This document shows, piece by piece, positions 25,801 through 38,149 of a stretch of DNA of 64,000 bases (the first letter of the stretch is position 1; each line of letters starts with the position of its first letter). Below the pieces are notes generated by a model. The model had not been told where the DNA came from and did no database searches. It saw only the letters and a program-made list of their open reading frames with translations. A program made the position numbers and the translations under genes. This DNA is from Camelus ferus (lineage: Eukaryota): positions 34,226,001-34,290,000 of the forward strand of contig NC_045696.1 in assembly GCF_009834535.1 (NCBI RefSeq), read 5' to 3'.

Positions 25801-27682
25801 GAATACTTCAGATAGCAACAGTGGGAAAAAAAACACCTTGATATCAAGCTGTAGTGGCTCATTCAATATATACTTCTCCCACTCTATGAGAATGTCTGGT
25901 CAGTGAACTTGATAATGAGAACTTCAAACAGCTGGCTGGCTAGAGAGATGGTTTTGTGCAATAACCATTAGCATGCTGATGGTTTCCAATTCTTTTTAGC
26001 TCTAGATTCATATGTTTAGCTAGCTGCTGCTTGGATATTCCAACTGAATGTTTCCAGTGACTCAAAACCATACATTAAACAAGCACAACTCTTGGAACTA
26101 GTAAGAGGGGTCCCTTCTGTGGGCCCCTGAACCTTAGGGGTCCCACATACCAAAAATATTCTAAAAGTAAATTTGCTGAAGAACACATGAGTGCCTCTGT
26201 AACTCAGGATTTGGCACTCCACACCAGCACAGAGCACCCCTTACACTTACACATTTATTCTCATTCTAACTAACACTGCTTAGGCCCCAGGAAAATTGTT
26301 CTTCACATCACTCATCCTGTGTCCTTGAAACGAAATGTGACTGTGGCCAAATGCAATGACAGTCTAAAGATTTTGCCACTACCAGCATCTGAATGGAAGC
26401 CACTTCAAAAGGTGAGTTCAGTTTTGAGCAGTGGCAGAGAAAAAGTAAACAAACTAATTTGTCCAATTCTTCCTCTCAGCAGGATTGTAGGGTGTTCTTT
26501 CCTAACAAAGAACTGTTTGCCAATAGTGTCAATTATCTGCTATTTGTTTTTCTTCATCTTTCATTTATAATTCTAGAGGTACTCAAGGTTTAGCATGGTA
26601 TCCACAAGGGTTGCACATGTGAGATGAAGAAAATTGACAGTATTTATTTGTGTTATTTTTTAAATGCATTAATTGCATAAAAATATGTCTGTATCTGAAA
26701 CATATTCTTTATTTCCATATGGAACTACATAGTACTTCAAGAGATGGTTAAAATGATGTAAGTGATAGTAATTTATGTAAATACATTAAATATTTTGCAA
26801 TATTTTTCTGTGATAAGGATAATTTATTGTGTAAGATTCTCTTACAGTGTTTGAAGTCAATTTATCTAAAGTCTGTGTATTATTTTAATAATTTTTTGAG
26901 AGTTCAATTTCCTAATTTTTCAAAAAATCAGTTTTGCTAGTAAAATAACTTTAAGAAGCTACCTAGGAATTATTATGATTCAAATGATCTTATTTGGCAT
27001 TAATGTCAAAAGAACATGAATTGTGTGAAAACCATAATTATTACAGTATAATTAGTGGATTTGCTGAAATAAAGGCAATAAAATAATTTCAAGTAGTAAG
27101 AAGTAATTGATTGGGAATTACATCTCTTTATCTTACTGTGTCCAGACATTGCTATTTATCCAAGAACACCAAGATGTGTATAATAACTAAATTCTTATCT
27201 TTGATATTTTGCAAATTTTCAGTGATATAAAAACCATAATTTTACATTTTGGGGAATTTTTAGTATAGTTGTATCTGTCATAGTAAATTTGTAGAACATA
27301 TATGATGTAATATTACTAGCCTTGACTTAAAATATTTAATTATTAATCACACAGTAAGCTTCCATTTGTGTTCAAGTGTTACAAATATTAGGAGCAGGAC
27401 TGTCTTAAACCTATTACTCACCTTCTGTATCCCCATCTAATCTACTCCTCCAGCTGTGTTCTCTATCATAGAAAATCACACCATTTATCATGTTTGATCA
27501 ATCCACTTTTAATATTGAGGACCTCATCTAATCTAAAGGCCTTAAAAAATATGTTCCCTTCAGTTAGAACAAGTCTTAACTTTCCATTCTCAATTTAGCA
27601 AATTCCAAATCAATCTGAAGAACAATTTTTTAGGGAACCATCCCTAATCCATTTGGTTAGTCCATTTCTTTTGCAACATACT

Positions 27683-28170
27683 TTTTTAAAAATGGACTGT
27701 TCTTTTAGAGCAGGTTCACAACAGAATTGAGCAGAAAATACAGAGTTCACACATAGCCCTCCCCACCAACACATATATACTCCCCTACCCTCAACATCCC
27801 TCATCAGTGTGGCATATTTGATACAATCGATTAACCGACATGGGCACATTATTATCAACCAAAGTCCATAGTTTACATTAGGGTTCACTCTTGATGTTGT
27901 ACATTCTATAGGTTTTGACAAATGCATAATGACATGTAGCCACCACTATAGTATCATACAGAATAATTTCATTGCCCCCAAAATCCCCTGTGCTCCGTCT
28001 ATTCATTCCTCCCTCCCTCTCCCCAAACCCCTGGAAACTATGATCTTTTTATTGTTTCTGTAGCTGTGCCTTTTCTAGAATGTCATTTGGTTAGAATCTT
28101 GCAGTTTGTAGCCTTTTCAGACTGGCTTCTTTCATTTTACGCTTCTTTCATGTCTTTCATGGCTTGATAG
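27683..28170 (-). mobile_element. Old L1 3' end (L1MC/L1MB-type)
   Basis: AAAGTCCATAGTTTACATTAGGGTTCACTCTTGATGTTGTACATTCTATAGGTTTTGACAAATG, a diagnostic L1MC-type 3' UTR in reverse. Confidence 0.88.
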
Positions 28171-28171
28171 A

Positions 28172-28489
28172 TTTTTTTTTTTTTACTGCACATATATTTT
28201 TAATTTACATATATGTACTGTTCATTGTTTCTAAGAACGTTTAGAGCTTTAGCTCTATAAACTTACTTAGTTATCAAAGGAATAAAGCCAACCACAAAAT
28301 AAGAATTAATTCAGAAAGATACATACACCCTGCTCTTAACAGCAACATTATTTATAATTGCTAAAATATGGAAGCATCTTAAGTCCACATCAATAGTTGA
28401 ACAGATAATAAAGATGCAGCGTATATATATATATATATATATATATTTTGGAATACAACTCACCATAAAAAAGAAGGCTATTTTGCTAC
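28172..28489 (-). mobile_element. Polyadenylated retroposon: antisense L1 ORF2-end fragment plus ~120-nt non-L1 tail
   Basis: Poly(T) at 28172-28184 (poly(A) on minus) with ATTAAA ~14 nt upstream; 28305-28489 matches the L1 ORF2 3' end in plus orientation (CAGAAAGATACATACACCC...GGAAGCATCTTAAGTCCACATCAATAG...GGAATACAACTCACCATAAAAAAGAA). Confidence 0.65.
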
Positions 28490-29019
28490 TTGCAACATAC
28501 TCTTATTGCACTTTTTATAATAAATATTTATTTACCATTTTAAATTTGTCTTCGCTGCAAAATTGTAGTCTCCTAAAGTAAGATATGAGTCTAAAATGAT
28601 TACCATTGTTTTCCAAATGCAGTGCAATGTCTGCCTCATGGTATGTATTTATTAAATTGAATTAAATTGGTTTGAATGAAAAGCATTTAATTGAAAGTAG
28701 GCCCAAGAGTAGAATCATTTCTCTAAAACATGAGTCCATGATTTAAGTACAAAAAGCATAATGAAGATTAATAAGAAATAGGAGCATAACTCAAGAAGAA
28801 AAGTTGGTAAGAGGAAAATCTCAATGCTATATTTCACATGCTGAGTTGTCCAACAAAATCAGGTATCCATTCCAGCAAATGTCATTGCAGCTTCTTAGCA
28901 TTATTTTCCAACTTACCAATGCTGCAGGACCACCTTTAAGGAAAATACTTTTAAATGTCTCTATAACAGGTTTTTAGTAATTTAGATAATGAATGTTCGA
29001 ACTGTTCACTTAATGTGAA

Positions 29020-29061
29020 ATTATTTTTAATCTTTTTTATTATTGAAGTATAGCTGATTTA
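29020..29061 (-). mobile_element. Extremely 5'-truncated L1 insertion (~42 bp)
   Basis: T-rich tail plus TATTGAAGTATAGCTGATTTA; 10-bp TSD TTAATGTGAA at 29010-29019 and 29062-29071. Confidence 0.8.
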
Positions 29062-29946
29062 TTAATGTGAAGTTCTGATAAAGTTGGTACACTGAAAGGT
29101 AAATATAAAAGTCTCAGAAATTTGTACAACTTTTGTATTTTTCATTGTTTAATCTCTCTGGTTGATTCTATGTTCTAACATTTAAATAGAGGTTTGTGCT
29201 TTATAAAGGCCTCAGAAAAGTTTCTGCAAGATTGGGCTGCTAAGAAAATAAATCATCTACTTAATATTTATACACCTCAAATGTTCCTAATTTACTGCAC
29301 TCACTAATGAAAATATTTTCCTTGACTTATAAATAAAAGCATTTTTCTCTGATGCAGCCTGACTTATTAGAGAACACATTAAATTCTTTCCCTAGAGATG
29401 GAATGTGATAAGAAGCTATTTTTATTGTCACTGCAGTTTATCATCTTGCTGAAGGAATTACAGCTAATACTCTAGGCATTCTCTCTGTAACATTCACTTA
29501 TCACATTTTAAATTGTTTTAGAGTAGTCATAAAGCATCTATGTTAGTTTTATGATATTTAAACTTGTAACCCAATGCGTCTTATATACCAGTAGACTACC
29601 TCACAATGTAGTCAAAGAATGTAATAAATACCACTTATTAAGTAAGTATTAAAATTAGAAGGCCTACTAAGGCTGAGAGCTATGTACAGTTTAAATTATA
29701 TCTAAAATAAGTTTTATTACTCTGGCAAAAATTTTAGAAAATACTCAAAATATAAGTCAAACACTAAATTCATTCTTTTAATTCTGTTCATGATACCTGG
29801 GTTTTTTTTAATACTTTGATGATATGAAATACCTTCACTTAGGAATTTGGTGGACAAATTTGCAAGATTAAAAATTATTTTACACTGTGTAGAGAGCTAT
29901 GTTAGACCTTTATACTTAAACCTAGACTTCTTTTCAACTGTATTTA

Positions 29947-30467
29947 CAGGCATCAGAGATATGCGGATTTGGTTCCAGACCACCACAATAAAGCAAATAT
30001 TGCAATAAAGCAAGTTAAACAAATTTTTCGGTTTCCCAGTGCATTTAAAATTATGTTTACACTGTACTGTAATTGATTAAGTATAAAATAGCGTTATGTC
30101 TGTTAAAACAATTTTGATAGCTTAATTTAAAAAAAAGCTTATTGCTAAAAAATTCTAACCATCATCTGAGCTTCAGCAAGTCATAATCTTTTTACAATAG
30201 TAACATCAAAGATCATTGATCATAGATCACCATAACAAATAATGAATAATATAACATAATAATAATCATAGTAAGAATAATAATTAAAAATTTCGAAATA
30301 TTGTGAGAATTGCCAAACTGTGACAGAGACATGAAGTGCACAATGCTATTGCAAAGCGGCACTGATGGACTTACTTGACACAGGGTTTCCATAAACCTTC
30401 AATTTGTAAAAAACACAGTATTTGCAAAGCGCAATAAAGTGAAGCACCGTGAAAGGCGGTATGCCTG
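29947..30467 (-). mobile_element. Tigger1 internal-deletion derivative (second copy)
   Basis: CAGGCAT...GGTATGCCTG with TA on both sides; colinear with the 18.6-kb copy; internal AAT-rich expansion at ~30235-30290. Confidence 0.9.
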
Positions 30468-31075
30468 TACATTCATTGCCTATCTCCCAAGAACTGACAA
30501 ACAAAAAAAAATCAGATAAACTAGTCAATGTCCAGGATTTTCCTTACAGGCATAATAGGTGCACAGTGTCTCCTAAAAACTGTCCCTAATACATTTGAAT
30601 TCTAATGCCACCAAATGCTTTTTTGAATTTACATGGAAAAATGTCGATCAAGGTATTATCAAGCAATTATTTCTAGTAAACTCTGTTATAATGGAATGCA
30701 GAACAAGGAAAAATTCCCGATGTATGATCTTTCTCAACGAGAAAAATGCAAGTTTCAAAACTAGTACATCCAATAAACTCAGACAATTCATAAAGCCTTA
30801 AGAAATGCGTATGTATAACTTTACATGTGCGCACTTACATATAAACCTGTGGAACACATGTATATGTTAATTCAGCATAGTTCATGGTGCATAATGCTCA
30901 AGAAATAACTCCTTGAAAGAATGTGTGAATAAATGCAAAACATACTAAATACATGCATGCGTGCAACAGCGTCAACACCAACAATAGAATTCATGTTCTT
31001 TGTATATATTTTACCTTGTAATTTTCAGTGTTTCTGTCAAATTAAAAGTTTTCATATATATGGATAAATTGGCAG

Positions 31076-31105
31076 TGAGAGAAAGAGAGAGACAGAGAGA
31101 GAGAG
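31076..31105. repeat. (GA)n-rich microsatellite
   Basis: Read directly from the sequence. Confidence 0.8.
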
Positions 31106-31282
31106 GGGTGCTTTATGAAGAAGGTGTTAATAGTGTTAGTTATTCTAAGATAAATTAGAGAAAGCTTAAAAGCACCAATATTTGTAGGGAGAAATACAAC
31201 ATATATAGTGGAAAATTTACATCCTCTAAAATTTATGTCTGTAAAATTCATGATATATTGATATTTATGTTATAATGCAATT

Positions 31283-34200
31283 CTTTATTTTATTGAAGTA
31301 TAATTGACATACAATATTATGTTAGTTTCAGGTGTACAACACATGATTTGACACTTAAATACATTATGAAATTATCGCTGTAAGTCTAGTAATCATCTGT
31401 CACTATACAAATTACAGTATTATTGACTATATTCCTTATGTTGTATAATACATCCTCATGACACTTATTTTTATAACTGAAAGTTTGTACTTCTTAATCC
31501 CCTTAACCTATTTCACCCAACCCCCCCCCAACCTTTCCTCTGGCATCCCTCTCTGTATCTATACGCCTGTTTCTATTTTGTTTTGTTTATTCATTTGTTT
31601 TGTTTTTTAGATTCTACATAGAAGTGAGATCATACAGTATTTATCTTTCTCTGATTTATTTCACTTAGCATAATACACTATTATGGGTCCCTCCATGTTG
31701 TCACAAATGGCAAGATTTTATTCTTTTTTACTTTTTTATGTTTGAGTAATAATTATACATATACACCATATGTTCTTTATCCATTCATCTATCAATGAAC
31801 ACTTATGTTGCAGCCATATCTTGACTATTATCAACAATGAGGCAATGAACATAGGGAGCATATGTCTTTTCAAAGTTGTATTCTATTTTCTTTAGGTAAA
31901 TACCCAGAAGTAGAATTGTTGAATCAAATGGCAGTTCTGTTTTTAATTTTTTGAGGAACCACCATACTGTTTTCCATAATGGCTGTACCAATTTACATTC
32001 CTACCAACAGTGCATGAGAGTTTCCTTTTCTCCATATCTTTGCCAGCACTTGTTAGTTGTTGTTTTTTCGATAATAGCCATTTTGACAAGTGTGAGGTAA
32101 TATTTCATTGTGGTTTTGATTTGCATTCCCTGATGATTAGTGATGTTGAGCATCTTTTCATGTGCCTGTTGGCCATTGTATGTCTTCTTTGGAGAAATGT
32201 CCATTCAAGTTCTCTGCCTATATTTAATCAAATATTTAAGGTTTTTGATAATGAGTTGTATTTCTTTATATAATGTGGATATTAGCCCCTTATCAGATAT
32301 ATTATTTGCAAATATCTTCTTCATGTAGTAGGTTGCATTTTCATTTGGTTGATACCTTCCTTCACTGTGCAAAAGCTTTTTAGTTTGATGTTGTCCAATT
32401 TGTTTTTTTTTTTTTTTTTTTTTGCTTTTGTTGCTTTTGTTGCTCTTTCCTGAGAGTATAGATACAAAATGTATTGAAATATTTTTGTGGCCTAACATGT
32501 GTTATATCCTGGAGAATGTTCCATGTGCACTTGAAAAGAAAGTGTATTCTGCTATTTTTGTATGGAATTCTCTGTATATATCTCTTAGGACTGTCTGATC
32601 TAATATCTCTCAAGACTATCTGATCTAGTATGTCCTTTAAGGTCACTGTTTCCTTATTGATTTTCTGTCTGGAAAATTTATCCATTGATGAGAGTGTGGT
32701 GTTAAAGTCCCCTACTCTTATTGTATTACTGTCAATTTCTCTCTTAACGTTTTATGTATTAGGTGATCCTGTGTTGGGTGCATATATATTTACAAGTGTT
32801 ATGCCTTCTTGTTTGATCCCTTCATTATTATGTAGTACCCTTCTTTGTCTCTTTTTGTAGACTTTGTTTTAAAGTTTAAGTTCTCTGGCATAATTATTGC
32901 TACCTCAGCTTTATTTTTGTTTCCATTTGTATGGAATATCGTTTTCTTATCCCCTTAGTACTTTCAATCTGTGTGTGTCTTTGTATCTGAAGTGAGTCTC
33001 TTATATGCAGTATACAGATGGATCTTATTTTTTCAATCATTCGTCCATCCTATGTCTGACTGGAGCATTTAGCCCATTTACATTTAACATGTTTATTGAT
33101 GCTTATGTACTTATTGCCATTTTACTGATTGTTTTGTGATTGTTTTTGTTGTTCTTCTCTTCCTTTCTTTTTCTGTTAGTCTCTTCCTTTATGATCTAAA
33201 GACTTTAACTTAGTGTTATGTTTGTATTCTTTTTATTTTTTGTGTATCTATTATCACTTTTCTATTTGTGGTTACCATGAGGTGTTTATATACTACGTAT
33301 GGATAGATCAGTATATTTTAAGTTGATAGTTGCTTACATTTGAGCATGTTCCAAAAAGATTATATTTTTACTCCCCCCACCAAAGTTTTATGTTTTTGAC
33401 TCCATGTTTTACATCTTTTTATTTTGTATATATCTTAACTTATTATTTTATATATACGTGATTTTACTAGCTTTGATTTTTAATCTTTGTACTAGCTATG
33501 CAGATGGTTGATCCTTTACCGTTACTATATGTTTACTTCTGCCTGTGAGATTTTTTTTCTTTCATAATATTTCATATTTCCAGTTATGGTCTTTTTTCTG
33601 TTTAAAAAAGTCCCTCTAACATTCCTTGTAAGATCTGTTGGGTGGTGATGAACAACTTTAGCTTTTGCTTGTCTGGGAAACTCTTTATCTTTACCATTCA
33701 GTTCTTATTGATTATCTTGCTGAATAGAGTATTCTTGGTTGTAAGAATTTTCTTTCAGTACTTTGAACATAGTATGCCACTCCCTTCTGGCCTGTAAATG
33801 TTCTGCTGGGAAGTCAGCTGATAGTTGTATGGGGGTATCCCCTATATGTAAGTAGCTTTTTTTTCTCTTGTTGCTTTAAAGATTCTCTCTTTATCTTTAA
33901 ATTTGACATTTAGTTTTACTGTGTCATGGTGTAGGTCTCCTTGGGTACATCTTGTTTGGAACTCTCTGTGCTTCCTAGACTTCAATATCTGTTTCCTTTG
34001 CTGGGATAGGGAATTTTCAGCCACTATTTCTTCAAATACATTTTCTATCCCTTTCTCTTTTATCCTTCGGTGACCCCCTGTAATGCAAATGTTAGTATGC
34101 TTGATGTTGTTTCAGAGGTCTCTTTAACTATCCTCATTTTTTGTTTGTTTGTTTATTTTTTTGCTCTTTTGATTGGGTGATTTCTACTAGCCTGTCTTCC

Positions 34201-35257
34201 AGATTGCTGCTCCATTCTTCTGTGGCATCTAATCTCCTGTCCCTCTGGTGTGTTACTTATTTATTGTGTTCGTCAGCTATGGTGGTTCTTTTTTTTAATA
34301 TTTTCTATCTCTTTGTTGAAATTCTCATTGTGTTCCTCCATTCTTCTCCTAAGTTAAGTGACCATATTTTTAACTATTACTTTAAATTCTTTATCTGGAA
34401 GATGGCTTATCTCCATTTCATTTAGTTCTTTTTCTGAGGTTTTATCATGTTCTTTTGTTTGAAACATATTTCTTTGTGTCCTCATTTTGCTTAACTCTGT
34501 GTTTGTTTCTATATACTGGGTAGATCAACCCTGTCTCCCAGTCTTGAAAGACTGACTTTGTGTAGAAGGTGTCCTGCAGGGCCTAGTAATGTGGTTAGAT
34601 GGGTAGATACAGAAATGGAATCTGCCAGCACCAAGTCAGCTAAGTAGAGGATGAGTCAAAATTTAAAAACAAACAAAAATACTGGCACCCACCAGATCCT
34701 TTGTACCAAAAGACAGTTACAACAGATCCCTGCCCTCTTGGGTACATGCCCCAAAAATAGTTAATAAATTGCCTTCATGTATGACCCAGGCACTTTTCAG
34801 ACTGCTGCCTCTGCACTAGGACTTAGATCAAGTGAGTTTTTGTGTGTGTCCTTGAAGTTCAGATTCTCAGTTTCCTACAGGACTCTACTAGATGTAAGCC
34901 CTGCCTGTTCTCAAAGATGTTATGGGGCTCTTCTTCCCAGTGTGTCTCCCCTGGGCCAGGGATCTGGGTGTGGACTTCAAAGCACTGGCTCCTCAAAGAG
35001 AACTTCTGAGGCTGTGATATCCTTCACACCTGTAGTCACAGTGCTAGGGGTGTAGGTCCTGGCCAGATCACATCTCTGTTCCTTTTACCTGTCACAATTT
35101 GACTTTTTCTTTTTATTGTTAGTTGTGGAAAATCTCTTCTGCTAGTCTTCAGGTCGTTCTTAGAGGTTTTTTTTCCCTATATGTAGTGATAATTTTGGTA
35201 TGTTTGTGGGAGGAGGCAAGCCCAGGATCTTCCTATTCCACCATCTTGTCTTGTCCT
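31283..35257 (-). mobile_element. L1 with 5' UTR, ORF1, endonuclease and ORF2 C-terminus/3' UTR, lacking the RT core; all frames disrupted
   Basis: ORF2 C-terminal peptide VQPLWKTVWWFLKKLKTELPFD (31803-31991); EN peptide MDKFSRQKINKET (32380-32685); ORF1-like IFKATREKK (33842-34024); 5' end CAAGATGGTGGAATAGGAAGATCCTGGGCTTGCCTCCTCCCAC on minus. Confidence 0.93.
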
Positions 35258-36309
35258 TTGGAAAATCTAATACAATATTTTAAAAGTACAAAAAATGTGT
35301 ATGTAAGTCTTAAAAAGACAAACAAAAATGAAATACCCATCTCAACATGTATAGAGTGTAGCATGATTTTTTTGTCATCATTTGGAGATAAACTTTTCAA
35401 AAAGATCTGATACTGATTTAACTTTAATTTTATTTTATTTTGTGATTACTTCTCTGTCTGACATCATAAAGTATACATAGTTTTACATCTTACTTTAGCA
35501 ATTAATATCATCTAGTTAAGTCATGATAATGTTCAAGACAATTTCTTCAAAGAGTATTGCCAAGATGTTTTATTAAATTATAATCTTCATATAAATTTGC
35601 ATCTCCTGACTTCTACCTTTCATAGTTTGATTTTAGCTTGTGTGAGGGCTACAAAATAATATGTAATAATTTGTTAATCTCTTTTGAAGAAATTATTAAT
35701 TCACTCTCCAAACAAATTTAAACACTAGATAGGATCCAGCTGCCTTAAAAATTAAAAAAAAAACAAAACTGTTCATTTAATAGCAATCTGTAGAAAATTG
35801 GTAAATATAAGATCTATTGATCATTAAATTTCTTAGTAAATTACAGTTAGACAAGTCTGTTTGCCTCATTGCTAAACTTTATTAATATTTTACAAGAGAA
35901 TTATTAGCAATTTGCCTTTTGCATAAGCACTAATAGTTTCTGTGAAACATGAGTATTTGTTTCTGGGAAATTCTACTTCTGAACTTCTTTTATATTTTAA
36001 ACAATGAATGATATCTTGTTGACTCAGTAGTTTAGAAAGAAACTTTATTTTGTGATAAATTTCTATACTAAGAAACAACAGGGATATACTTCAGGGATAA
36101 GTTCTTAAGTATATGAAAGAATTATTCTTTGACATTTTTAAAGACAAAAGGAGAAAACAAGGAGACAATCAAAATTATTTTTCAGATCAATGTTTTACAC
36201 TGGCATCTTCCTATTATTTCTTTAAGCATATTTTCTCTAATAATTGAGATTGACTTCAAGTTTCTTTGGCCCTCTTTTAAGGATTTTACGTTATTTGGTT
36301 ATGTATTTT

Positions 36310-37310
36310 ATATTTTATTATAGAAAACTTAAACACAGAGTAAAGTAAATAGCAAAATAAATTCCTATGTATCCTTTCCTCAACTGCAAAAATTATCTCC
36401 GTTGTATCATTCCTGTTTCATCTCTCACTCTTCCCACTCCTCACCATGGCAGTGATGATAATGATGATGATGATTATGATGATGATTACAGTGATTGTGT
36501 GTGGGGGGGGAGGGTGGCATTTACATACATTGAAATGCACAAAACTTAAATGTACAGTTTTGAAAAATGGATACCCCTATAAAGAACACATCTCTATCCT
36601 ATTTCTATTGCCCCAGAAATTTTCCCTTGTCTCCCTTCCCAGTCAGTCTAGCCTTCAGAAACATGTTTCAAATCAGATTATTATTGTCTATTCTGGGACT
36701 TCCTATAAGTGGAATTATATAGCATGTGTTCTTGTGTATGGCTTTTTCTGTAGCATTTTGTCTGTGGGAGTAATCTATGTTGATGTATGTATCAGTAGTT
36801 CATTCCTTGTTGTTATTGAGTAGTATTCCATTTTATAAATCAACAAAAATGTATTTATTCTTTCCTTTGTTGGTAGCTGTTTCATTTATTTCCAGTTTTG
36901 AGCTGTATATAGAACTGCTATTAACATTCCTAAACAAGTCTTTTTCTGGATATATGGTTTTCTTTTGGATAGATATCTAAAAGTAAAATTGTTGGGTCAA
37001 AAGGTAGGTTTATATTTAACTTATTATGAACCTATCCAGTCTTTTTCTAAAATTATCATACTATTTTATTTTTTAATGCATAAAATACTAGTTTCTCCAA
37101 CATTTAGTGTGATTAGTCTTTTTATTTTCAGCCATTCTGATAGGTGTATAGTGGTATTTCCAATGAGATTTTAATTTACATTTTTAATAACTAATGATAT
37201 GCAGTTTTCTTGTGCTTTTTGGCCATCTTTATCTGCCTTTGGGAAATGTCCCTCAAATATTTGCTCATTTTTATTCAGATTATTTTTATTATACTATATT
37301 TTAGTTAAAG
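36310..37310 (-). mobile_element. Old L1 (L1MB/L1ME-type) 3' fragments
   Basis: ATTTACATACATTGAAATGCACAAAACTTAAATGTACAGTT...ATCAGTAGTTCATTCCTTG...TTTCAGCCATTCTGATAGGTGTATAGTGGTAT. Confidence 0.8.
36452..36487. repeat. (GAT)n microsatellite, imperfect
   Basis: Read directly from the sequence. Confidence 0.9.
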
Positions 37311-37817
37311 AATTTTTTAAAATTTTTTTATTAAAGTATAATTGATTTACAATATTATATTAGTTTCAGGAACACAACATAGTGATTCAGTATTTTTACA
37401 GATTATACTCCATTAAGAGTTATTGCAAGGTAATGGCTATAATTCCCCATACTATACAATATATCCTTGTTGCTCATCTATTTTATACATAATGGTTTGT
37501 ATCTCTTAATCCCATAACCCTAACTTGCCCTTCTTCCTCTCCCTCTCCCCTCTGGTAACTACTAGTTTGTTTTTTTAAGTGTGAGTCTGTTCCATTTTGC
37601 TAAGTACATTCATTTGTATTATTTTTTCCACATATAAGTGATATCATAAAATATTTGTCTTTCTCTATCTGACTTATTTCACTAAGCATACTGTTCTCTA
37701 GGTCCATCAACATTGTTCAAATGGCAAAATTGCATTCTTTTATGGCTCAGTCATATTCCATTGTCTTTCTATATACCACCTCTTATATATCCATTTGTCA
37801 CTTGAGGTGCTTCCGTG
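37311..37817 (-). mobile_element. Younger L1 3' end inserted in the older L1
   Basis: TTAAAGTATAATTGATTTACAATATTATATTAGTTTCAGG...CCACATATAAGTGATATCATA...TGACTTATTTCACTAAGCATA. Confidence 0.9.
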
Positions 37818-38149
37818 ACGTGCTCTGGCCACTGTCTTGAAATTCTTAATAATTTTATTGTTGATAATGTGCTTCCAGTTAGCCAATGTCTGAAGACAGT
37901 TGTTTCAGATGATTTTTGCAGTTCTCTTTGTTGTTTACAGCAGGGTTAAGTCCCATAAGGAGTCTCATATCCCTTCACATGAAAAAGCAGAGGTCAAAAA
38001 TATAATTTGAAAATTTTGGAGATTATTTTTTAATGTAAATATAAATTTAAAAATTAGTTGTTTCCCTTGGACACAGCTTCTATAGGTATAAAGAACTTAT
38101 GAATCCTCTTACAAATAAATTTCCCCAACAAGAAATTATTGACTCAAAA

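Noticed and set aside
18597..30467. Two similar ~500-bp segments as a segmental duplication or composite transposon
   Set aside because: Each has its own TIRs and TA TSD and they are clearly diverged: independent insertions of a common Tigger1 derivative.
31803..34024. L1 ORF1/ORF2 as functional CDS
   Set aside because: Multiple frameshifts and stops, and the RT domain is missing.
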